A stretch of DNA of 64,000 nucleotides from the NCBI GenBank assembly GCA_000165425.1, contig CT868363.1, positions 186,001 to 250,000 on the forward strand. The letters run 5' to 3'. Position 1 is the stretch's first letter; every line of letters begins with the position of its first letter. The stretch comes from Paramecium tetraurelia. Taxonomy: Eukaryota. The notes beneath the pieces were generated by a model that saw only the letters and a list, made by a program, of their open reading frames with translations, was not told the origin of the DNA and searched no databases. The translations under genes were made by a program, and so were the position numbers. Below are positions 53,794-64,000 of this stretch, one piece after another.

Positions 53794-56700
53794 ATGTCAT
53801 TAAATTTAAGTGATTTGATCAATCAGTCATTAGACAAAATCAAAAAGGCAATTACAAAAAAATAGTTTGAATTAAAACAGATCATAGATGAGGCTTAGTG
53901 TAAATTACTTTATTATTAAAAGAGGTTAAGGATTACTATGATGCAAATCACTTAATAAAGGTGTACTAATTTTGTATTGAATCCAAATAAGTTAAATTGA
54001 TTGAATTGGCATTATTTGATATCAAGGTATGTCCTTTTCATTATTTTAGAACATCGTAGATTAGGGTTTTTTATCAGGAGAACAAATCATAGGAGAAAAG
54101 AGAGCAATAGAGATAACTTTAGAGTTGGTAATGTAAACTTAATTGGAGAAGGAGGAGACTGTTTAAATATATATGATAAAAGCAATACAAGCAATAATGA
54201 CGAATAGAAAGCACCATATTTATGGTGAAGCTGTCACAAGAGTTTTTTCATTATTAATAAATCTGCATTCAGGTATCTAATAACATGAATAGTTTTGATT
54301 AGTTTCAAAAATAGTTGCAATAATAAATGCTAGTAAAGAGGCTTGCTAGAAAATCGTTAGCACTTATTTTGCAAGACTTGAAGATTATGGCATTCTTGCA
54401 GAAGAGGAATACTAATAAGCCATTTAATAATAAGGTAATTAGGGATAATTAGTTTTTGGAAAATGTAAAGCTTTAGTTAATGCTGAATAATATATGAAAT
54501 CTCAATTAATATCAATGGTTGATGAAGTGTAAATTTATAGTGAAAGAAGATCAATTTATGAGAAGCAATTGGATGATTTAAATAAAATGAAGGTGATTGA
54601 TTTGAATTTGCATGAACCCAATTTAAGAAACGTAACCATTGATAAAAATTAAATATAAATTAATTTAGTCAATGAATTGAATATAAAAAATGGAAAGTTT
54701 GGTTGGTGTATTATTTGCAGAAAGCAAGCATCATAATATTGTAAAGATACAAAAGTGCCCATTTGTAGCAAAGAATGTAAATATCTACATTTAAATCAAA
54801 TGTTTAACTTTTCTCAATCTCATTAGCATTCTACGTTTAGTGAATAATATGTAAAGGATGCTTATGAAATTTTAGAAATGCTTTGCTAATTAAGTCAAAA
54901 AGAACCTTAAAATCCATAATTAGCTTAAATGATTATAAAATGTAAAGTCTTATCTTTGGAATTAATCTATGAGGCTTTGGCTCAGAGCGATGTTATATTA
55001 CAGAATAAACCTAAATTAATATCAATATTAAAAGAATAGTTGTTGGAATCATTGTTGAAGAATTCTCTTTCTACTGAGAAACAACTACTAATTTTGACTT
55101 TAAACATTTTCATTTAGTTGATCTGGAAAGTGAGAAGTCATATGAAAAAAGAACTAGAAGCCTTGATTGAAAATGTTTATTTTAAATTTTTGGAGAGTAG
55201 CAATAGTTCTTTTGATCATAAATAATACACTTTGAAGGTTTTCAATAAAATTCTTACTCGTCCAAAAGTGGTAATTGAGGTATTTGTAAACTACGATTGT
55301 TCTGTAGGTCAGAATAACCTACTTAAGAAAATTTTAGACATGTAGTGTCGGATTATTTAGGGAAGATTCAGTAAGCAAGAATTTTAAGCCTCTATATCTA
55401 TAAATCAAGAGATTTATCTAAAAGCTTTGTGTTTAGATAATTATTGTGGATATGTAAGATGTTTAAAAGAATACTCTGAATAATATGAAGATTCTCAAAA
55501 TGTGGTTTAGATTTAATCGATTGATGAGTTGGATGATTCTGTTGTCTAATAACAATAGTTACCTTAGGATCCGCTTGAGAAATAGAAATAGATGAAATTA
55601 GAAATGAACAAGGCTGTTCAAAAATTTAATTTTAAACCTGAACACTGTATAAAGCATTTGATAGCTTGTTAATATATGGAAAACAGAGACCATAAATTAT
55701 TTGCTTAATTTCTTTGGGAAAACAGAGACTTAAATAAAGATAAATTGGGAGAATTATTTGGTAGTTCAAATGAATTTGATTAAAAGGTGTTTTCATTATA
55801 TGTAGACTTTATGAATTTTAAGGGATTACAAGTAGATGAAGGTTTGAGATATATGTTGGAATTCTTTACTTTGCCCGGAGAATCATAATAAATAGATAGG
55901 ATAATGGAAAAGTTTGCTTCAAAGTATTGTGTCGATAACCCTGGAATATATTAATCAGCATAAGCCGCCTACACCCTTTCATATTTATTGATGATGTTGT
56001 AAACCGATTTACATAATGAGAAAAATTTAGATAAAATGACTCTAGCACAATTCACCAACTTAGCCAGAGGAATCAATGATGGGGAAAATTTGCCTTAAGA
56101 AATGTTGTAAGGTTTCTATTTGCGGATTTAAAAGACACCTTTGGCTTTGCATGCAAAAGAATAGGCTAGGAGAGCATTAGAATAAGCAAATTAAGTTGAT
56201 CAAAGAAGAAGACATGTTATGTTAGCTAAGGAGGCTGAAGATGCATTAAAGAAATGGTTTAAAGAGCATCCAAATTAAGATGCATTCTACTATGTTAATA
56301 CAATAGAACATATGAAGTCTTTATTACAATAAACTTGGAGTGTAATATTTGCATCAATAAGTGTATTTTTAGAATAGACTGAAGATCAATAATAAATATT
56401 ATTATGTTTCGAAACAATTCAAGCATTTATTTAATTGATGGGCAGATTCGATTTAGATGAAGAGAAGGATACATTTATCAGTTTTTTATATAGATATTGT
56501 ACAAATATCCCAAGCACTTACAAGTAAATATTAGGAGTTCAAACTTTGATAAAAGTTAGTCTTTAATCTGGATAATATTTACGTAAAAGTTGGAAGATAG
56601 TATTGTAATTGATATCAAGATTGGAATAGTTACATTAGGTTGTAAAGAAAATAAAGGTTGATTCACCTTACAAAGAGAATTACAATTAAGAAGACATAAT

Positions 56701-58737
56701 TAGTATTGAAAGATTGTTTTAATAAATACAATATGATCAGATTGATAAAATATTTAATAGTTCAATCAATTTAGATTCCAACTCCATTTTAGAATTTATC
56801 AGTGCTTTGTGTGAGTTATCAAAAGAGGAAATTAAATACAATAGAGTGTTCTTATTGAGCAGAGTAATTGAGGTTGCTGATTTTAATATGAATAGAATTA
56901 AAATTATTTGGTCTAGAATGTGGGAAATCATGAGGGAGCATTTCCTTGAGGTGGGATGTCTAAAAAATGTAGATCTTGCAATGTATGCAATTGATTAATT
57001 AAAGTAATTAAGCTGCAAATTCTTGTAATAACCTGAACTGACAAATTATCACTTCCAAAAGGAATTTCTATTACCATTTGAATAAATATTTAGCCATACT
57101 TAGGCTTAATAGATGCATAAAATTTAATTGAGAGAATATTTATTATCTTGTATGTGTATGATTACAAATATTTGTTTCAATTCAATTAAAAGTGGCTGGA
57201 AGATCATTATGAGTATAATTAATCAAGCTCTGTAAGATGATTAATAGTAATTGGTTCGATTATGCGTTTAGATTACAGACAAAATAATGGAAGATGTGAG
57301 CAATTAATAGGTTTATTCTGAGATTTTTATGGAACTAATTTAAGCCCTCATAAAATTGACTAAAAGCAAAGATGTTAGTATAGTCACGAATGCAATCAAA
57401 CAATTAAAAATATTGGTTGATCACATTGTTTTGATTAAAAAGAATGATAACAAATATTTAGATTAGTTATGGATTCCAGTTTTATCTGCTCTCTCTGTTT
57501 TATATAGTGATGATAGAGTAGTTGTACAGTAATAAAGCGTCAGCACCCTATTTGAATTGCTGAAAATCCATGGAGCATAACAATCCAATGAATTTTGGAA
57601 GATGATTTTGAGAGGTGTGATTAGACCATTATTTGATGAGATTTAATTTTCTAAGATGTAATTCATAAAACAAACTTAAACTAAATAGTAAGTAATCTCA
57701 GCTTATAAAATGACTTTTAATTTATTCACAGATTTAGTGGTTCTTTACATCGAATAAATGTAGCCTTGCTTAAATGACTTAATTGATATATATGTTTAGT
57801 TGGTGTTGTAAACCTAAGATGTAATATTTTTATTTATTTTAAGTTTCTTTCAACTTTATGTCTAGATTCACTGAAAACCATTGTTTAACAAGGAGGCTAA
57901 TCTTTTACAGAAGAAAATTGGATTGTTATGATTGAATAAATATAGCACCTTTTACAATAATGTTCTCCTAATGAACTGTTTGAGGCTTATAATTTGGATG
58001 AAGATTTTCAAAAACCTTTGGATGAGCTATTAAAGGAGGAAATACGACCGAAGAAGTTTAGCTTTAAGATTAATGCATATGAATGCACTTCCAAATAATC
58101 AATTCAATAGAAATGTTTAGAAATACTAGAAGTGTAAGCCATTCAATATAAAGATTCAATATCCTAATAAAATAAAGATTAAATTTTAACAATATTCAAT
58201 GAATAATATTAAAAGTGTAAGAAATTCAATACTCACTTCTATATGAGATACTTTCTAGAATAATGGGCTATGCAGTGGAATAGAGTTAAAAATGGACCTG
58301 AAGAGTTAGATGAACTATCTGATAATCAGATTATAACTAACTAATTAAGTTTTATTAATTAAGAATTTATTTCAGCAAAAGTGATAGTTTAACTCACATC
58401 CAAACCATTAGATTTTATTGAACAATTAATTCAAAGATTCACTGAAGCATACAATGGATTTTAGATACCTGTGCATAAGCTTGAAACCTTGAATGGAAGC
58501 TTAGAATAACTAAGATATACAGAATCCCAAGTTATCATAAGCAAGTCTTAAGCTTTATTTATGGAAAATGTATTTCCACTTTTATAAATTAATTTATAAT
58601 AGAAAATTGTTAGTAAATGGCTAATTTAATTATTAAAATTGGGATTAAATGCGTAAAATATAGAAAATAGAGATTATAACAAAATTTTAGTAAATTTATT
58701 AGAAGAAATAATAAATTGTGAGAATAATTTATAATGA
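53794..58737 (+). CDS. Large Sec7-domain Arf guanine-nucleotide exchange factor (BIG1/BIG2/Sec7 subfamily)
   Basis: HUS box VFVNYDC; Sec7 motif FTLPGESQQIDRIMEKFASKY; LSYLLMMLQTDLHN; HDS blocks IEVADFNMNRIKIIWSRMW, AIDQLKQLSCKFL, IKSGWKII, WIPVLSAL. Confidence 0.95.
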
Positions 58738-59570
58738 ATCTATAAATAAACATAATGTATTTTAGATCTAATATAATCTTTTTGTATTTATTCATCAATT
58801 TGTTTAAATGATAACTGATTTTTTAATACAAATATGACATAATTCTTAATAATTTTTATCATTTTTTCTTTACTATTTATATATATATTTAGCAATATAT
58901 TAATATTCAATGCTCAATAAGATCTAAAGTCCTATATTTGATTACAAAACTATTAAAAAAGTGAAGCATTTTTGATTGCACATTAGTATTTGCATTAGAA
59001 AATAAATAAAGGATCTTGATATTTACATAGGTCAATAATATATTGAAAAAAAATTAAATTACAATTATACCTTTGATTTAAGATTAAAACCAATATATCT
59101 TCTATAAATAGATATATGAGTATTTGTCTATATATTTTTGGTTAGATTGTTATTCATGTATAAATATTCTGGACATTTTCAAAGGTTAATATTGGGAAAG
59201 ATATGAGTATTACTATAATGTCCCTTTGATCAAACTGTATACAATTTTATAAATGAATTCATAATAGAATTTCAAATCAAGAATTTACAATTAAACAAAA
59301 TTTATAAATAAGAGTATATCTTAATATTTAGAAGAAAATTTCTATTATCATTAAATAATTTTCTATTATCAGTTTTATTTCTACTCTTTTTTATCACTCT
59401 CCCAAATCCGAACTGTCAGTATTATTTCATAATATTCGTATGAACTTTAAATGAATATATAGAGTTTTAAAGTATTAATTGAAATATATAATATTGTATT
59501 GTATTTAAATTAATGAAGCATAGAAGGAATTGTTATAAATATGAAAACTGTATAGATTTATTAATGTGTA

Positions 59571-60256
59571 TCAATCAGAGGCGTTTTTTAGTAATTTAAT
59601 AAAAACATCAAGTATAGGATCTATGGGATCTGATTCATTATTTGAGATAATTTTTTTTATTTAATTACTAACATCTTCAATTTCTTTTTGCTCAAATAAA
59701 GGTTTTTTATATGAAAGCACTGATTATAAATGATCTTAGTCCTTAGTCAATAACAATTGATCTAATTAAATTTAGGTTTGTTACATAAAAAATCATCATC
59801 ATCCCCTCTAGTTGCCCTTATAAAATGTTCTTTAGTTAAGAACCCATAATTTCTGCATTCGATGCATTTGCATTAATCTGAGCAGGGCACCTTAGCTTGA
59901 AAGCATTCGCAATATTTTTTCATACAACCGCTCTTTTTACATTGACAACCTTTGTTGTGCTTTCCAAAATTTAATGGATCTGGCTTTGAATCAGAAGTGC
60001 TAATCTTGGGTTAAAAGGCAACTTGGGTTTTTTTCTAATGTGTATTGCATGGCCTTTTATCTTTATTTCTATCCTAATATTTGAATGTTACAGCATTGGA
60101 TGAATTATTAAAGCAATTATGACAATGACAATTATTATCACAAAATACTTTGTTTTGATAACATTCACAATAGAGTTTTATGCATTTTGAGTTTTTACAA
60201 TTACATTTCTTTGATGGTCCCTCTTCAAAGACTTAATCAGATTCTTCCTCTGACAT
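59571..60256 (-). CDS. Tesmin/TSO1/LIN54-like CRC (two CXC) domain protein; one-base insertion near 60023 breaks the frame
   Basis: [33 protein letters not shown] and [37 protein letters not shown]; linker KNP/VAFQPKI is shifted by 1 nt. Confidence 0.85.
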
Positions 60257-60395
60257 TCTACTTAATAAATTATATGTATAAAAGTGATATTTAAGAAATA
60301 AAATTTGAAAATGCTTAAAACTTTATTATAAGGAAAATAAAAATGTCTATCGATTTATTGATCAAAAACTTAACTAATAAGAGTCTTATTTGATA

Positions 60396-61385
60396 TCAAT
60401 TGTGTTTCTATAAATATGAATCAAACTCTTATATTTTATTCTGTATATTCTTCCTGGCCCTATTTGTTTCCTTCATTTTTTATTTTACTTGCAAATGAAA
60501 TTGTTAGATATAGGTATCCTCAATAGGTTTAGCACTAAACTCTTCCAACGGATTCATCGATTGAGGATTCGATATAAGTGATTAGTTAACCTCTCTTGTA
60601 ATTTGATTCTATATGACACTATACATTTTTTCAAGAGTATTATCTTTCTTAGAAATTGTAGTCTAGGGTTGTTTGGATGATTCCTTATCTAACTGGTTTT
60701 TTCTTATAAAATCTTAGATTTGTTGAGAATAAGAAGGTTTCTCACTAGGTTTAATAAGAATTGATATTGATTTGGGTAGTATCGCTTAGTAATTTGGTTC
60801 ATAATTAGGGAGAGATGGCTGCAACTTCTAAATTTTGCGATTGTGTTTTCTTAATTTGGATTCATGAAACAAATAGCCAAGATTCTTACCCTTGTCCACA
60901 TTGCTCATCTTCCAAATAAATTTATCTTGCGTTATACTCGAATTGAGTTTTTCAATCATCTATTCTAAAACAGGACTCATTACTTTACTATCTTTTTTCT
61001 TCTCATACATTTCTAAAAGAGCTTTCTTTTCCATCATTTCTTTATATTGCTTAGCTTTGGCTTGTTCTTCTGTCGATGGAGGTTATAAGTTGACAAGAAT
61101 AGACAAATCTAAATTATGAGCACTATTTTCTTTTTTATGGTTCAAAACAGCATTTTATTTAGTTGATTAAGATGGTTATTGTTTTGTGATTGAAGCCAAA
61201 CTATAAACATGTTTGATTCTGGCCCTAGTGTTTAATTAGTTAGTAGATTTTGATTTTCTATTGGTATTCAATAATAATCCGACATGATCCCTTTCTTATT
61301 TATAAGGAAGAAACTAATCATCGTCTTCTGTCTACAGTTCATTTATATATCTGATAGCCTTCTATCTTACTGACTCTGACTGCAT
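60396..61385 (-). CDS. Hypothetical protein, 329 aa, intronless
   Basis: Continuous code-6 ORF MQSESVRQKAIRYINELQTEDDDQFLPY...QKHN*. Confidence 0.7.
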
Positions 61386-62022
61386 ATTATAAAATCAATA
61401 TACTTATTATATTATAATAGCAGCAAAATTCATTAAATTTCATTTCATTAAAACTATATTAAAATTATATTATCAAACTATTGTTTCAAGAGATAACAAT
61501 TTCAATTTCATATTATAAATCAAAATTATTTAAGATCAATATTCTTTCAAGAAATTTATCAAAATTAACTAAAACCCTAGTAAAATGGATTTATTCTGTC
61601 AGGAATAACAAGCATTAAAATTTGATTATAGAAATTTAAGAAAATATCATCCATTTTAAAGTATGGAAAGTCATAAAGAACTATAGTTACGTAGATTTAT
61701 ATAGAGTTTAATTACGTCTAGTAAATTACCAAAAATTCTGAGTAATTACTAATTATTCTATTAATTAGATTATTTATTATGATCATTATATTTATATTCT
61801 AATATGGCAAATAGTGTCTACCCTATGAAATAAAATTTGGAAATAAAAATTAATAAAAAATGAATTTTTAGAATAATATTTTGTTTTTGATTTTGAATTG
61901 CGATAATATCTTAAGTTCTTAATTATTAATACATTCAAATTTAAAGATTGAAGGAAGCTATAATATTGAAAAGTTTAAACTTCCAAGCTTACACAAATTT
62001 ATAATAAAATAAAAAGTGAATT

Positions 62023-62672
62023 TCATTGAACATTATTTGTAAGTTCTTCATTTGTTATACATAATTATTCTGACTGCTGTAATTCATCTTGAAATTGGAG
62101 CTTACTATGGCTGATAAGAAGCTTTTAGAGAGATTTGTTATCTTTGATAACTCTATGGTTCCTTTCCAGGAGTGATGAGCAAAGATTATGTAAATAATCA
62201 CATTTTTAGGAGAGCTATAATTTTATTAATAATTTATAGTTGTTACTTGATTGAGTTAATCTGTAGAATCATTTTGTACTGGTATATCTATAGGAATAAG
62301 CTCGTTATGTTATTTCCGTTTGATTTAATGAAGTAGATCCCTAATTAATTTGAAGAATACTTTCTGCCTTTTTGGAAATATTCATTTTTGAATTCATTGA
62401 CTATACCTCCTCTGGATTTATGAAAATCATACATGTTTAACTCATTATAGTGACAAGAACTACCTATCTAATGAAGGAAGAGAAATTTTAATGCTTGAAG
62501 TGGATGGGTAGAACAATCGATGAGAATTGGCTCGTATTCTTGACAGTAAAGGATAGTCCATCTTCATTCCAACTCACTATATCTTCGTAAATATTATTCT
62601 AAATATGTGATCTTTGAGTACTTCTAAAATGTTGTATGTCTTGAGGATGAAACTAGAAATTTAATTCTTCAT
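62023..62672 (-). CDS. Heat-shock-factor (HSF) type DNA-binding protein; four introns
   Basis: SSFILKTYNILE...IVSWNEDGLSFTV...VLPIHFKHQNFSSFIRQLNMYDFHK...FQKGRKDLLHQIKRK. Confidence 0.92.
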
Positions 62673-62690
62673 TTATAATATATATATTAA

Positions 62691-64000
62691 TCACATAATT
62701 CTTTCTGTTTTCAATTTATATTCTGCATACATAACAGGTTATTTACTTGGTTTCGACATGTGAGTTTTTCTTTAAGAATTTTCTTTTGTTTCATATTAAG
62801 TTTTAATGCGTTCCCACCTATCATTTTCAGTGCACACCCTTCTTTCAGTAGACTTGGGTCTTGCTGAAATCCGATTATCATACGCTCTTTTCATAATCAT
62901 AGCAGTAGTATAATTATTTTCATAAGATTTAGTTTTGTTATGATAAACACTTGGAATAGGTTTTCGTTCTATTGAACTACTTGGTTTATCAACAACTGAT
63001 TTAATGCTCTGATGAGTTCGGACTCTCTAGGTTGACTAAGTTGGCTACTGATATTTATTTAAGAGGTGATAGGTAGTAGTAATTGGATTGTGTTTATTAT
63101 TGATGATCATTTCTTTGCATTTTTCACTATCAATTCCTACCGCTTGTAACTATTTAATTATGTTTGAATTGATTGCCAAAGTGCGATGAATTTGAATAGA
63201 GTAGGAGTGTTTGCTTATAAAATATAATTATGATTACCTTACAAAGGGATGCATCTTAATTTTAGCAATGCTCAATCTATTTAAAGGGTTCTTGTTCAAT
63301 AATCCCTGAAGTAGGTCTACTACTTGGACACTAAGATGGGAGGGTTTCTGGAAATCAGAATGTTTGATCTTCTCATAAAGTTTTCTGGTATTCGAATCTT
63401 CAAAAGGTACATATCCACAAAGCATAGCATATAGGATTATGCCACTTGCCCAGATGTCTGTCTTGATCCCTGAATATGAGATGCCTGAAACCATTTCTGG
63501 AGCAGCATAACAGGGGGAACCACAAGGAGTTTGAAGTAGATCGGTATAGATATTACTTAGACCGAAGTCAACGACTTTTAAGGTGTTATTTTCAAGGAGC
63601 AAATTTTCAGGTTTAAGATCTCGATGGGCTACTTTAAGGGAATGCAAATATTCTATGGCTTCAATGATTTATGAAAAGAGAGCTGCAGCTTCATTCTCTG
63701 GGAGTCGTTTGCTTTTTACGATGTGTTGGAATAGTTCACCTCCGCTGACGAACTCCATGATGAGATAGATTTTAGTTTCAGATTCAAGGATTTCATAGAG
63801 TTAAACAACATTGGGGTGGCGAAGTTTACGAAGAATATGGATCTCTCTTTGGATTCTAGTGAAGTCTGCAGGCTGTTCTATTTTGCTCTTCTCTAGAATC
63901 TTGATGGCTACAAATTATTGAGTGGGCTTATGGAGACCTCTGTAGACTTTACCAAAGGTTCCCTTTCCAATGGACTGCTCTATATAGTTTAAGTTATGCA
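62691..64000 (-). CDS. SNF1/AMPK-related (CAMKL) Ser/Thr kinase with UBA-like segment; start at or beyond the window edge
   Basis: IGKGTFGKV, VAIKILEK, HRDLKPENLLL, VDFGLSN, TPCGSPCYAAPEM, NNKHNPITTTYHLL. Confidence 0.93.

Noticed and set aside
2161..58737. Functional cluster of trafficking genes (syntaxin, golgin, Arf-GEF)
   Set aside because: They are far apart and interspersed with unrelated genes; no evidence of non-random clustering.
1921..63768. Most ORFs of the supplied six-frame track
   Set aside because: Computed with the wrong code. They are antisense shadows, N-runs or fragments of larger genes. Only a few (e.g. 6952, 16924, 18529, 23889, 29117, 56807, 63234) are real coding pieces.
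1..64000. Hundreds of in-frame TAA/TAG codons suggesting mass pseudogenisation or a novel recoding system
   Set aside because: They fall at Gln positions in conserved proteins; this is the known ciliate genetic code 6.
1..64000. Retained IESs, transposons, telomeric repeats, tRNA/rRNA genes or selenoprotein TGA read-through
   Set aside because: Gene interruptions are explained by GT..AG introns or 1-nt indels. I recognised no transposase, telomere tract, cloverleaf or conserved in-frame TGA.

Overview
AT-rich, gene-dense eukaryotic DNA that reads as a ciliate macronuclear chromosome, almost certainly Paramecium (probably the aurelia complex; inferred). Genes only open under genetic code 6 (TAA/TAG=Gln, TGA=stop). 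They are split by 20-32 nt GT..AG introns and often lie only tens of bases apart. The supplied standard-code ORF track is therefore mostly fragments or antisense noise, so I retranslated by hand. About 30 genes are visible: two tandem isochorismatase-like genes, a syntaxin, an LYR protein, two tandem B-box proteins, a ~2045-aa GMAP-210/Rud3-type golgin, REI1/ZNF622, a sphingomyelin-synthase-like enzyme, a cNMP-binding protein, a damaged ZMYND10, FOP/CEP43, MRPL19, a truncated haemoglobin, a Myb factor, a DHH phosphoesterase, a NEK kinase, EF-hand proteins, an RA-PH protein, a giant 32-aa-repeat coiled-coil gene, an AGC kinase, a BIG/Sec7 Arf-GEF, a CRC (tesmin/LIN54-like) protein, an HSF and an SNF1/AMPK-related kinase. 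There are four assembly gaps. The most unusual observations are: a group I truncated haemoglobin with an N-terminal hydrophobic anchor and remodelled distal pocket; an array of about 20 TQ/IQ (LC8-type) motifs inside the golgin; a Cys/His finger inserted in the Arf-GEF; an MRL/Grb7-like RA-PH protein; and a structured GC-rich intergenic island. All family assignments come from motif recognition by eye, not database searches.
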